Shown piece after piece: positions 1-13,094 of a stretch of 64,000 bases of DNA. Position 1 is the first letter of the stretch; every line of letters starts with the position of its first letter. A program made the translations under genes and the position numbers. This stretch comes from Octopus vulgaris. Lineage: Eukaryota. Below the pieces are notes generated by a model that was not told the DNA's origin, ran no database searches, and saw nothing but the letters and a program-made list of their open reading frames with translations. The stretch spans positions 97,402,001 through 97,466,000 of the forward strand of contig OX597821.1 in the NCBI GenBank assembly GCA_951406725.2. Reading direction: 5' to 3'.

Positions 1-34
1 CAAAACTTCAGGCCTTGTGCCTATAGTAGAAAGA

Positions 35-72
<38 letters not shown>

Positions 73-163
73 CATTATCATCATATGCACAGTGTATTGT
101 TGGCTTGATAACTTTTTTAAAACTATTCACCAAAAGTTAGTACATATACATGTGTGCCTGTGA

Positions 164-194
<31 letters not shown>

Positions 195-254
195 CACGAC
201 AATAGATATATAAATACATGTGTACATATATATATATGTCAGTCCTTTAAATTT

Positions 255-292
<38 letters not shown>

Positions 293-361
293 AAATTAAT
301 ATACACAGTAGTGTGCAATGTTTTACCAAAAAGGTAAACTATAATTGTCACTAAATGCGAC

Positions 362-469
362 TAGGGTGTTAGAAACACCTCCATTGCTAGAAACAAGAGC
401 TAAAATGCTCTACAGTATTAGAGCATTTTAGCTCTTGTTTATAGCAATATAGGTGTTTCTAACACCCTA
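362..469. repeat. Hairpin/palindrome, 51-bp arms, 6-nt loop
   Basis: 362-412 is the reverse complement of 419-469 with 3 mismatches; loop CAGTAT. Confidence 0.9.
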
Positions 470-509
470 ATTATATATATATATATATATATATAAGAAA
501 TTAAAATGA

Positions 510-706
510 CAAAGCAATAAGAAATTATTTCATGAACTTCAATAGCTTACAGCAGTTTCTTCAGTCATGAAGTGCTCTTCATGTTTGAAGCTCCAATGAA
601 GTTATCGGGTGATACACAAGCATTCAATTTATGAGTGCATTGCATCTTATAGCTGAAGCAGCTTCAAGATAATAAAGTTCATGACAATTTCTTATTACTA
701 CTTTGT
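510..706. repeat. Degenerate fold-back element
   Basis: Left arm aataagaaattatttcatgaactt..cttacagcagtttc pairs imperfectly with right arm gaagcagcttcaag..aagttcatgacaatttcttatt. Confidence 0.6.
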
Positions 707-1087
707 ACTTGACCGATACTTTGTTCTAAAGCATATGTACATTGAGTTCTAAGCACCAGGTTATTAGTATCACTATGCTAAATGATATATATGTGTGCAT
801 GTGTGTGTTGATTGTTAAGAGTTTTAAAATGCCTGGTAGATAGTACTGGTACTAACTTTACCACAAACCACTGTCACTAACCATGTAAACATACTACTAG
901 TTATGCAACATTATGACTGTGTTCTCTCTCTCAAATTTGCTATTAAACCTGTTTGTTTTTATAGATTCTTTTGTTTTGTTTCTTTTTTTTCTGCAGAGTA
1001 GAGTAAGTTACAATGTTTAATGTTACTTGAATTTAAAGTCTGAGCAGTTACATTACCATTATATATGTGTGTGTATATGTACGTATG

Positions 1088-1124
<37 letters not shown>

Positions 1125-1524
1125 ATACATATGTACGTACATACCTGTATGTACATGTACAGATTTATGCAAATGTATATATTTACATATATCTATATAA
1201 TATATAATATATTTATATAAATAAGGATAAGATGATTATTTAAATACCGATCTTATCAGGTGGCCAGCATGGGAATAAAAACCTTCAAAGGTAATGTGGT
1301 TTTAGAGTCAAGTTTTGGCTGCTATTTCCAGCGTGGTGGTATCTCTTAGAAACCCTAAATTATAATATATAATATATTTATATATTTATACATATATACA
1401 TATATGTAATATAATATGCAATGTGTTTATATGTGTATGTGTATGGGTGATCATACAGTGTATCTGTATTCATTCTATAGCATTACAGGCATTTTTACAT
1501 ATTTTATTTTGCATGCATACATAT

Positions 1525-1707
1525 GATTGATTGATTGATTGATTGATTCTAGTTTCAGCTTATGAGCTGTGGCCATGCTGGGGCACCGCCATTTGGTGTT
1601 GCTACTTGGTTTCACTTCATGGAGGCTTTCTAGCAACTGCTATTTGGTGCATGAGAGAGTTCGATGCAGCTGCCCTCATCTGCCCCTCCTGCCGTGAAGT
1701 TGGTTCA
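1525..1707 (-). mobile_element. 3' end of a retroposon with (AATC)n tail
   Basis: Minus strand ends ggcggtgccccagcatggccacagctcataagctgaaactagaatcaatcaatc; the same 3' motif ends the SINEs at 8218-8548 and 54987-55403. Confidence 0.65.
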
Positions 1708-1719
1708 TATATATATACA

Positions 1720-1769
<50 letters not shown>

Positions 1770-1914
1770 AACATACATACACACAACCAAACACCAATAT
1801 ACATTATTGTTTCCATTTTAGTATGTACCTAGTACCAATGAAAATTATTATTAGCAGAAATATTAGAGTATCTGAGAAAATGCCTTTAACTATTTTCTCT
1901 GACCCTATACTTTC

Positions 1915-2335
1915 TGAGTTCAGCTCCAGCTGAGGTCAACTTAGCCTTTCTTCCCTCCGGAATTAATAGCATATATTACCAATCAAATGCTGAGGTCAAT
2001 AGTATTGACTATCTCCTCCCTTTAAAATTGCTGGTCTTGTATCTTAAATCAGAGACCACTATTGTTACTGATATTGTTATTATTGCTTTTGCTATTGTTA
2101 ATATTATTATTATTATTCTGAAGGCAGCAAGCTGGCAGAATTGTTAGCACAATGGGCAAAATGCTTAGTAGCATTTCCTCTGTCTTCACATTCTAAGTTC
2201 AAATTCTGCCGAGGTCCACTTTGCCTTTCATCATTTTTAGGGGTCAATAAAATAAATACAAGTTGAACAGTTGGGTTGATGTAACTGACTTACTCCTCCC
2301 CCAAGATTGCTGCCCTTTGCCAAAATTTGAAATCA
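1915..2335 (+). mobile_element. Two degenerate tRNA-derived Nin-domain SINEs
   Basis: gctggcagaa head, gttcaaattc B-box-like motif and ggtc(a/g)actttgcctttcatc..ggtcaataaa central domain, matching the better-preserved copies at 42132 and 59392. Confidence 0.75.
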
Positions 2336-2967
2336 ATATTATTGTTATTCTGAGGATGTTAGAATGTCAGAATTGGTATAGTGTTGAACAACATGCCTTT
2401 TGTTGTTTTTTTAGCCTTCCTTTTTCATTTTCAATTAATATCTGACCAATGTTGACTTCACTTTTCATTATTCTCAAGTCAGTACCAGCCAGTCAACAGA
2501 CAATAATCCTACCAAATTTTGCCTGTTAGAAATCATTACTTTTAGCATTATCAAATCACTGGAAACTGGGTCATCGGTTTCATTTTGATCTATATTTCAT
2601 TCAAGCTTCTTTAACATTAGTTAGGGTAAAAATAGTTCCCTCACCCAATCTCTTCTTTGCCTTTCTCTCACTTTTTTCTGCAAAGGAAAGATGTCAACCA
2701 CTTCAATTAAGGAGAGTTTTTATATGTGTTGGTACATTTCACATATAAGCTTTATGCATGCAATTGTATTTAGACATGTGTTTATTGAGCTGTCATGAAA
2801 GAATATATATTGCTCTCTAAATATCGAAACTTGTACAGCTGAGAATTATAATTGGGATAATCTTAGATATACACCTATCCATATATTCAGAAGAAATGTT
2901 TTACCCAATGTTAACCAAAAAAATTAACAAATGAAAAACAAGACACAAATTCTCTTCTATATACACA

Positions 2968-3135
2968 GATGCAGCCATGGCTGTATGGTTAAGAAGTTTG
3001 CTTTGCTACTATGTGGTTTCAGGTTCAATCTCACTGCATGGCACTTTGAGCAAGTGCTTTCTACTATAAGCGCTAAGCCAACCAACACCTTGCAAATGAA
3101 TTTGATTGATGGAAACTGTACAAAGCCTGCCATAT
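2968..3135 (+). mobile_element. Degenerate tRNA-derived CORE-like SINE, 5' part
   Basis: tggctgtatggttaagaag..ggttcaatctcactgcatggcactttgagcaagtg, homologous to the head of 54987-55403. Confidence 0.65.
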
Positions 3136-3829
3136 AACACACACACACACACACATGCACACACACATTTATGTGCGTGTGTGAATATTTGTTTTGAGCT
3201 GAACTGAACTATGGACAATGTTGTTTATTGCCATTTCTCAGTCAACAAATTGTCTGATAACTTTGCTCTTTTGAAAACAAGTGAAATGAAAAGTCCATTA
3301 CTTGAATAACAGAGAATAGTTAGCAACAGGAAGGGCATCCATCTCTAAAACAACGTCTCAATAATTTATTTCTTGAACCATGTTAACATGGAACAATATA
3401 TATAAAATAAATGTGTGGTCAAGAGGTTAGGGTTCCTGGCTTTCGGCAAGGCAGCCTGGATTTGATACCCACCACATAAACACTATTAGCATTTAATAGA
3501 AGTGTCCCAGCATGGTCACTATCCCTGGCTGAAAGAAGTTAAAGTCATGATTGACTGATCAGCATTTGAATGTATCTTAGACAAATAACTATTGTTTTAG
3601 CCAAATTCCCTATTATAGACACTATATTATAACTACTGATAAATGGTAACTAATGACAGAATCACTAGAGCATTGTACATAATGCTTTGCAGTATTTACT
3701 TCCATCTCTTCACTTTCTAGATTCAAATTCTTACTGATGGTCAACAGAATAAATGCCAACTGTTCTCATACCCTAATAACTGTAACCTTATTCCCTTGTT
3801 AGTAATTATTATTATAACACAAAATCAAG

Positions 3830-4035
3830 ATGGCGAGCTAGCAGAACTATCAGTGGGTTGGACAAAATACTTAGTGGCATTTTTCCTGACTCCTTATGTT
3901 TTGAGTTTCAATCCTGTCATGGTCAACTTTGCAATTCCTCTTTTCAGGGTCAATAAGATAAAGTATGAATCAAGTGCTGGAGTCAATGTAATCAAATGAC
4001 CCCCTCTCCTGGCCTTAGTCCAAAATTAAAAAGAA
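3830..4035 (+). mobile_element. Nin-domain SINE, degenerate
   Basis: ggcgagctagcagaa head, ggtcaactttgc..ggtcaataagataaagta core, ggcctt..ccaaaatt tail. Confidence 0.7.
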
Positions 4036-4454
4036 TTATTATAAAGAGAAATATCTGAAAGTAACTGTGTTTGTGTACACCCATGTGTGAATGTATTTCT
4101 CTATATGTTTTGTCAGAATGGGAATATATTTTATACTGCTAAACTATGAAAACCACCAATATCTCAAGTAAATTAGGGACTATACACTTGTTTGTTTAAC
4201 ATGCTAGAAATAGTAGCTGAATTTCATTCATCATACCCTTACCATCTTAAAAAATGTAAGGACACATTGATTAGTTTCTAAAGACAATGTGTTGTGTGTG
4301 TAAATATATTTTTTTGATATTTGGTAAATATTATAATATTTTATATTATATACACTTATCGCCAACAATATCAGGACAATATTGTGTTGTTATGTACTCA
4401 TGTGTGTGAATATATTTCTTGATATATGGTAAAAATGATAACAAATGAGATTAT

Positions 4455-4640
4455 TCTATATCGTGCTTAGGTACACTACAACTCACAGGAAAAAGGGTAT
4501 AAGGGGGGATAGGAAAACAGCAATGATAGCCAAAAGTACATGCACAGTACACAAAAAGGGAACAGTAAAAGAGCCGTAAGGGGAAAAGGGTGCATAGACA
4601 CTTCAAGAATATTGTTGGCAAATTTTGGGAAGCATGAAAT
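4455..4640 (-). mobile_element. Old LINE 3'-UTR fragment, probably CR1-like
   Basis: Shares cagcaatgatagccaaaa.tacatg and aacagtaaaagag with 10620-10860; ends resemble the CR1 3' end at 59985. Confidence 0.45.
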
Positions 4641-5516
4641 AACCCTTATAACCATCAATATGCAAATGATATTGTGTTATCTTGCATCTAGATGTGTGTT
4701 GACAGATTTCTTTTTAATTCACTTATTGTATATTAAATCATAGTGTTCCTTAAATTCAACAGAAAAAGACAACATAATTTAAAGCCAAATAACTTAATAA
4801 ATATAAAAACAATCTTTAAAAAATTAGTTTGCTTAGTAGATGTAAATGCATAAGTTGTATGTTATTAGCTTCAGTAGTTTCTAGGTTATTAGAGTACAGG
4901 GCTCTGAAACAACTAGTTAATTCATCAAGCAAACAAACATGATAAAAATCATGACACCTAGTATTTTTATGGTTAGATACAGTGGATGGAAGTCGAGGAG
5001 GATGTTTGTAGCAGTCAGCTAATATGAAGTACTTCACACGTAAGATGTATCTACTCTCTCTAGCAATGTAATAGTTGTTTTAGCAGTTTCTGTTATCGCT
5101 AGGTGCTCTGTCTTATTAAATATTCACCTGAGCACAACTATATTAGTAGATACAGCTACCTCCAGCAGTTCTGACTTACATATATATGTATGTATACATA
5201 TGGGTTGATAGACATTTGTTTTAGCAAATAGGAAAATGTACTCAATACACAAAACAGAAAATATAGATTTCATTAAAAACTAAAGTTTCAAATATATATG
5301 TGTGTGTACATATGTATGTGTGTATTGATATATATATGTGTGTGTGTATACATATATGTATATATATGTGTATATATGTGTATGTATATATGTATGTATT
5401 TATAAATGTACCAGTAGTAAAATATATCATGAATATGTTTTACATTGTGCAAACATTATCTGAAATAGAACTCAATATGTTGGAAAGACTGGCTAGATAT
5501 ATCTTTATAACATGAA

Positions 5517-5614
5517 AGTTGATAGTCTTCTCTGAGTTTTACATTCAGCTGGGCTGTTCACTTCTATCATAAACAGCCCAGCTAAAATTGGAACTCAGAG
5601 TAAACTGTCAACTT
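5517..5614. repeat. Degenerate hairpin
   Basis: aagttgatagt..ctctgagtt..agctgggctgtt pairs with aacagcccagct..aactcagag..actgtcaactt. Confidence 0.75.
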
Positions 5615-6132
5615 GGATATAATATATATATATAGCGATTGTTAGTTGGTAAGTCAAAAATATAAGCACACTTAAACACGAGATATATAGTGGTGAGCTG
5701 TTATTGATTCAGAGAGATACATATTGAATTACTAAGTCAGAAACAGCAATTTCCATGTTTCAGATTTGAATTTTCTTTGAAATCAACTTGGAAATTATTT
5801 TCAACCTTTAGCAGGCTGAAAAATATGTCCCTGTGAAACTGGAATTTTTCAAACATTCCCTGAATGCATTTATATATTTCGAGCATGCAGTCTTCATTGA
5901 AGGGTGGTGTGTGTGTTTGTGTGTGTGCGTGTGTGTGTGTGTATGTGTGTGTGCATGTTTACCTGTCTTTTGAGTTTGATTGCTTTACATGGTCTTAGGT
6001 ATCAGATGGTTTTTAAAAGATTGCAATCTAATGTTCACAGGAAAACCAAAATAATTTCCCTTACAATTTTGCAAGAAACTCAAATCTGAAGCTCTTTCTG
6101 CCTCAGATATTTAATATTTTTTCTGAATCAAT

Positions 6133-6167
<35 letters not shown>

Positions 6168-6475
6168 CCTGTCTCCATGCATTCAGGCCTCTTGCCCTCT
6201 CATCTTGTCAAATATATCACTAATATCTATTACATAATATATCATTTAATTAATATAACAGTAGTAGTAGTAGTGGTAATAATGATAATAATAATATCTT
6301 ACATATGCTATCCAGCCTTCTAAATATTTGTGTGTGTGTGTGTGTTCAAGCATTTATGCTCTGGAATGCTTTTTAATTAACCTACATTCAGACATAATTT
6401 GTACTAAAAATTAATGTGACCACATACATCTCTCTCCCTCTCTTTTATCTATCTCTCTCTTCTTTTCTTTCTCAC

Positions 6476-6513
<38 letters not shown>

Positions 6514-6640
6514 CATCATATCTATATCTATCTATATATATATATAACATGCATTATATATATCACCGGGTCCTATATATACATCATGTATATCTAGATA
6601 TACTTGTGTGAATGTATGTATATACACACATACTCACATG

Positions 6641-6686
<46 letters not shown>

Positions 6687-6996
6687 CACATACATATATG
6701 TTCAGTGTAGCTCTCAAATTAGAACTTATTAAAAATTCAGTACATTATTTATGTAGATCATTTTTTTTTAAATTTAAATTTATGACCTTGCAGGAATGTA
6801 TTTCAATACAAATATAGATGTAAGAGTGTGCATGTGTGTATATATATATTTCATGTTATGTCTTTTTGTGCACTTATTTTTTTTTATATACACTTAAATG
6901 ATTATGCTACCCTAATGTATTTTAATGTTTTGTATTTGTTTTGCCCTTGTGCCAAATATACAAATCATTATTGTTTTTATTATTATAATCATCATA

Positions 6997-7465
6997 AGGC
7001 AGTGAGCTGGCAGAATTATGAGTGTGTCAAACAAAATTCTTAGCAGCATTTCTTCTGGAACTTTTTGTGATTAACTTCAATCCTGCTGAGGTCAACTTTG
7101 CCTTGGGGTGGGGGGGGAGTCAATAAAATAGTGTATAAATTAAGAATTGGGGTTGATGTAATCAACTAACATCCTCCCCACAAAATTACTGGCCTTGTGC
7201 CAAAATTTGAAGCAATTAATAATTATTATAGTTATCATCAACATCATCATCATCATTTGCATCAGGTGGTGAGTTGGCAGAATCATTAGAACATCAGAAA
7301 AATGCTTCACAATATTTCATCAGACATTATGAGTTCAAATCCTGTGGAGATCACCTTTGCTTTTCATCCCTCTGAGATCAATAAAATAAAATACCAGTCA
7401 TATAGTGGAGGTTAACAGTGTTGTCTAATTTCCTCCCCTGGCCTTCTGCCTAAATTAGAGACAAA
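6997..7465 (+). mobile_element. Two tandem Nin-domain SINEs, degenerate
   Basis: Heads at ~6997 and ~7265 (gag[c/t]tggcagaat), Nin core and ggcctt..cc(a/t)aa tail in each. Confidence 0.7.
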
Positions 7466-7993
7466 TATCCTTATTAAAAGAAATCCTTATCATTAGTAGT
7501 AGTGCTAGTATTGCCATTATCACTGAAAACTGTGTGTTTGTATTCACTTGTATCATATGCTTGGTAATTGTATATATTACCTTTTTCATCAAATACCTCC
7601 AGTTGTATATATTTAGAACCTCATTGAGAAAAAATAAGGATTTGATTATTTCAGTATTTGAATATAAGGAAGCTGTTACAAATGAGAGGTGACTCAATTG
7701 ATATATATATATACACATACACATATCAGCATAAGTATATATTATATGTCTCACTGCAAGTAAGAACAACCTCCAGTCTATATGAAGTCAAAACCCACTG
7801 GGTGTTTAATTGAATTCTAAGGTATAATGCATATCAGATAAATATACGAGAGAGGGTTTTATACATCAGTCACTATAGAAATTGGAGTTAGGTACTGAAT
7901 TACTTGGATCATTAATATTCAGACATGGATTGGTGTTGCTTTATGGGCACACTCAGTAACATGTAATAGAGTAGGTATATTATATTTCAAGAT

Positions 7994-8117
7994 ATACATT
8001 ACCGATTATGACATGTCATTGGTCACAGTATTACCTCTGGTTTCATGCTGATTCAATATTCAGTATGAAATCAATGTTAACATTCTGATCAGTTATATGA
8101 CATGACCAGTAATATAT
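7994..8117. repeat. Degenerate hairpin
   Basis: Centre tttcatgctga-ttcaatat-tcagtatgaaa; imperfect pairing continues outward for ~55 bp. Confidence 0.6.
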
Positions 8118-8217
8118 GGCCTAACAATATAAAAATGTGTGTATGTGTATGTGCATGTGTCCTATTCAGACATGTATGTAAATACATATGTTTATATAAA
8201 TACATAGTATTTATATA

Positions 8218-8548
8218 CTGCGTGGCACCTTGGGCAAGTGTCTTCTACTATAGCCTCGGGCTGACCAAAGCCTTGTGAGTGGATTTGGTAGACGGAAACT
8301 GAAAGAAACCCGTCGTATATATGTATATATATATATATATGTGTGTGTGTGTCTGTGTTTGTCCCCCTAGCATTGCTTGACAACCGATGCTGGTGTGTTT
8401 ATGTCCCCATTACTTAGCGGTTTGGCAAAAGAGACCGATAGAATAAGTACTGGGCTTACAAAAGAATAAGTCCCGGGATCGAGTTGCTCGATTAAAGGCG
8501 GTGCTCCAGCATGGCCGCAGTCAAATGACTGAAACAAGTAAAAGAGTT
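8218..8548 (+). mobile_element. tRNA-derived CORE-like SINE, 5'-truncated, well preserved
   Basis: ggcaccttgggcaagtgtctt core, internal TA/TG microsatellite, tail ggcggtgctccagcatggccgcagtcaaatgactgaaacaagtaaaag; close to the reverse complement of 54987-55403. Confidence 0.85.
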
Positions 8549-9417
8549 AAAGGGAGAGAGAGAGAGAGAGTATATTGTGTATGGAATTTATTTTTTAAAT
8601 GTATGATTTATGTAAATGTATTTCCAAATTTATTGTTTCTGTTGCTCAGTTTGAACAGTCTTGGAGGTATTAGGTCAGATGTCAGAACTTTAAAATTCTG
8701 CAACTGAATAGAGGGTGTGGTGGATCATGACTGCAAAATATCATTCCACAATTGACTGTTCTCCAAAGAGGAACCCTACCATGTATATTTCAATTCTTTT
8801 CTCATCACTGTAGACAAATTTATACTATTTATTCTAGTGTGTTAAATTTGACTCGTGACCTGGTCCTAAGGGCATATTTTATATTTCATTCATAATGCCT
8901 CATCAGCTATAACGTAGCTGGTTTCAACATCTCTGGAACTCTGATAGCCGAATTCTTTACGTGTATGTGTGTATATGTGTGTGTGTGTGTGTGTATGTCA
9001 GGAAGAGAGAGAAATAGAAATACATCATACATGCTCACACATGTACACATTTATACATATGTAGAAGCATGTGTTTGTGTGTTTTTGGTAGCTTGAAACC
9101 CCTCATATGCTATGCTTTCTTTTTAATTTATTTAGCATAGAAAAGAAACTTCTAATTTCATCATGTGAATTTAAAAAAACAGGTGGTTGGCAAATTAATG
9201 GGCGTTATTGCAAATGTTAGTTCAGCTGAACACAAAATCTCAATCTACAATGACACAACATTGTTAATGATGATAATAATAGGATCTTTAAGTATCTATT
9301 ATAAAAACATAGTGCACAAAAATACATTTTTATATGAAGTAGGTATAATACAAGATAGAACAAATTTTATTGCTTTAACATGTTACAACCAATATATGTA
9401 TATGTATATATATATTT

Positions 9418-9850
9418 GGCCTGCTCGCTTAGCCAGCGGGGTGGCATCATTTGAAGGCTAAAACAATGCGAAGCGCATTGTGACCAGCGATGTGTAACAA
9501 CATCTGATGGCCTGGTCAGTCACGGTGATCACGGTGATATATATATATTTGCTTTTATGTCCTGTTCTTGTCACTTTTTTACTCCTCTGCAAAAGAATTT
9601 TATTTAATTCATTTTGCAGGAAGGACTGCTTTGGCCGGATCGTGTTCTGCCCTTACCTACGAAACACGCATTGAGTCGAAACAGGGGCAGCTGATGAAGG
9701 GGAATATTCCTTGTATTGTTTGTCTTGTACTCTGTTTTTTCGTTGTTAAAAAAAAGTCTGTTTCCTTGTTTGATTTTATGTTTTCGTTTCTCGTTGTGTT
9801 CTACGTTTATTTGTGGTGTCCTGTACTCATATATGCATGTCAATGTAGGT
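9418..9850. repeat. Two GC-richer interspersed repeat fragments (9418-9538; 9550-9850)
   Basis: CpG-retaining blocks with sharp edges against (TA)n; the first ends in a short tandem (cacggtgat)2 tail. Family not assigned. Confidence 0.4.
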
Positions 9851-9901
9851 ATGTATATATATATGTATGTATGTATGCATATGTTTTATTTATTAAATTG
9901 T

Positions 9902-9935
<34 letters not shown>

Positions 9936-10189
9936 GAGAGAGAGAGAGAGAGAGAGAGATACATATGCACACACTTTCTCACCCATTTCTTTTACTTCCT
10001 TCTCTTTATAACTCAAACTTTCTGTTCAAACAGTCATTGATAGTGACAAACTGATAGAACTGGTACACAGCAACAAAACCAATAAATGATGTTATGCTTG
10101 ATGATAATCAATCATTTATTGTTAAATTTACCTTACTTTCTCTCCAAAAAAGCCTGTTCATACTCTTACATATCATACTTCTATAGGGT

Positions 10190-11000
10190 GCTTAAGACAT
10201 CCCAATGATATTTATGACACATCAAGAAGCTGCTTATGACATTTCTATAATGCTCTTTATGACATATCTATTGTTGCAATTATTTCTATGAGATTGCTAT
10301 AATGGTGTTTATGACATCTTTTGGAAAGCTTTTATGACATTTCTCTGATGTTTCTATGATACTAGTTATGACATTTCCATAATGCTGTTTGCAACATTTC
10401 CCTAATAGAATTCATTACATTTTTATACAGTCTTAACAATACTTCTCTAAAGCTTTATGGTACTTCTGTAATGGTGCCTATGACTTTTCAATTAGGTATT
10501 CATCTCATTTTTATAAAGTATTTATGATACTTCTAGAAGTTTTATAACATTTTTGTAGGTATTTATAACATATCTGTAAAGCACTTCAATAAATTGTATG
10601 TGATATTTCTATGAACTTATTGTATATTGTACTCAGATGAACTGCAACTCATCATAAAAGGGACAGAAAGAAGCAATTGGCAAAGGACAGAAAATCAGCA
10701 ATGATAGCCAAAAATACATGGTTAGTACTCAGTGTAAAACTTAAGATAGCATAACAAACAGTAAAAGAGTCATAAAAAGAAAAGAATACATCAGCGTATT
10801 AGGAAAGGTGTCAATGAATTTCTGAAAGCATTGAATTCCTGAATGATGCAGGATTCTGACTGCTGATAATGAACATAGGTAGTTTAGTTTGTGACACTTT
10901 TGTTGTAATTATGATATTTTCATAATGGCTTTAAGACATTTCTGTGAGGTGTTTATGACACTTCTCAATAGACATTTATGCAGGTTGTTTATTTCTATAA
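10190..11000. repeat. Degenerate ~22-bp minisatellite, interrupted by a LINE-UTR fragment (10620-10860)
   Basis: Recurrent ttatgacatttct(a/c)t core at roughly 21-23 bp spacing over 10190-10615 and 10905-11000. Confidence 0.75.
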
Positions 11001-11211
11001 GGCTTGATATAATGAGCTTGATATAACCTATATTGCGTAGCTGATTGACCTGTTCTCAATTCCATAACATATTGGAAGTATAAAGTGATTGACAGATCAT
11101 GGTATGGCATAACATATAATTAGAGATTTGAAACAAATGTAAGCAAAGGTCATGGCCGTATGGATGCAGTATTGACAATTGGGTCATCAGCTTTAAGTTC
11201 AAATCTATTAA

Positions 11212-11484
11212 CCCTTTCATTACCTTATTTATGTTGAGATGCTCTGTGTTTCTTTCAATTATTTTAAATATTACAAAGAATTTAGTAAAATAACTTAGTT
11301 TTTGGAGAGAAAGTAAGGTAAATTTAACAATAATGATTGATTATCATCAAACATAACTAAGCTAGTGTTAGGAACATGAAATGTGACTAAGGTTTGGTGG
11401 AAGATTTTAATTCAAAACTTAAGAAAACAAGACATTTGTACTACAGAGCCAGAGGCGGTTTTGGCCGGGTTGGTAATGAAAGGG
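11212..11484. mobile_element. piggyBac-type MITE
   Basis: Perfect 13-bp TIRs ccctttcattacc / ggtaatgaaaggg, with TTAA on both sides (11208-11211, 11485-11488). Confidence 0.9.
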
Positions 11485-11488
11485 TTAA

Positions 11489-11710
11489 ACCATTTTAATA
11501 CCAACTGCCTGGATGCCTGGAAATGTTTCTGGTTCTAAAATACAAACTTTCTGTTTTAAAGTGACCTAAATTAACACTTTCCATCAAAATCTCATGTTTA
11601 TTTATGTTCCAAATACCAGCTTAATAATGGCAAACTTATTTTATTAAATTTTTCATTATTTTCAAATTGAAGCAAAGGGCAGTGTATTTCAACAGAAATG
11701 TGGTAAACAA
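11489..11710. mobile_element. Older inverted copy of the same MITE family
   Basis: Reverse complement aligns to the MITE body (aatttaataaaataagtttg..taagctggtatttggaac vs aatttagtaaaataacttag..taagctagtgttaggaac). A further remnant lies at ~37330-37547. Confidence 0.6.
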
Positions 11711-12711
11711 AATTGCTGATGCATTTTGTTGTGTTTCTGGGACAGAATACACTTTCTTCTATATTACTTTAGTGCATCTGACTCTTGAGAGGAATAGGAG
11801 ATGGATTTGTTTTTAAAACAATTCACTTTGACAGTGTTATCTTAGTTCTTGGTAGGATCAGTCATTAAAGTGTCAGTGACAGATTGGTGTACTATCCTAG
11901 AGAGGGTTACTTCGCTTCATCTCTATTGTGTTTTTGAACAAGCAACTATATTGTAGATTGTTTCGGCTCATCAGACCCTTAACATCAATAAGTAGCACAA
12001 AAGCATCTGGGAATGTTGATAGATGTGATAGCCTCATGTGCTATCTTTTACATGCTCCAAGCCATCATACTAAAGATAAGTAGTATGGATTAGAAAGCCC
12101 TCATATCAAAGACAACATTACATTAACAGAAACAAATATATATTTTGTAAGTTTTCATGTGCTTGTATTTAGATAATTATCTATTTATCTGATTGTATGT
12201 CTTTCTGATGCCTGCCTGTTTTTGTGTGTCTATTTATCTCTCTCTTTCTCACCCTACACACACACAGACATATACGCAAACAAATATGCAAACAGAGCAG
12301 TACTTACTAATTTATGTGCATTCAGACATTAAAATTACATGGGCCCACATAGTCATTCATATATTTATGTGTGTGTGTGTGTGCGTGTGTACACAAATGC
12401 ACACAAACATACATACATATATACATGTATGTATGCATGTATGTACATCTGTAGGTATAAATTTTCAAAACCTGCTCAGATTTATAATTTTTTTTTCATT
12501 TCCCTTTTGTTAATTAGCGATAATATTTTCAAGAAAACCATTTCTCAGATACTCTAATCTATATACAAACTTCTTTGTCAATACCATGACATATACTCAT
12601 TAATATTTCAACATTTCTACAGCGTTCATTACTGATATGGTTTCATGGGATACATCAGACATGCTTGGTTATGGATTACTTTTAGATACTCATATACAGT
12701 TCATATATGCT

Positions 12712-12755
<44 letters not shown>

Positions 12756-13057
12756 TCTATGACAGCATATGTATATCATTTATGTGTGTGTGTGTAAAGT
12801 ATACATATACATACATATATGTGTGCGTATATGTCTATAAGTGCATGCATACAGAGATGAAAGTTTCCTTTACTAATTCTCTGATTCATTTCCCAATTCC
12901 AAAGCTGTAAACTGCCTTCTGTTGGAAAGGCATGAGCAGCGCTGTATCTTATTTCTGTCTTAAAATGAAAAATGAAAAGAAAACTTCTCTTATGCCTGAT
13001 GCAAAGAACCACCCATACATTATTGATAAAACTTTTTTATAATCTATACACACACAG

Positions 13058-13094
<37 letters not shown>

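Noticed and set aside
9677-9700. CGAAAC..CTGATGA motif pair
   Set aside because: Only 8 nt separate the motifs, too few for stems III and I in this permutation.
10190-10615. CRISPR-like periodic repeat
   Set aside because: Units are degenerate and contiguous with no unique spacers or cas genes, and the context is eukaryotic.
11960-11974. Minus-strand CTGATGAGCCGAAAC hammerhead core
   Set aside because: There is no room for stem II and the flanks do not form stem I.
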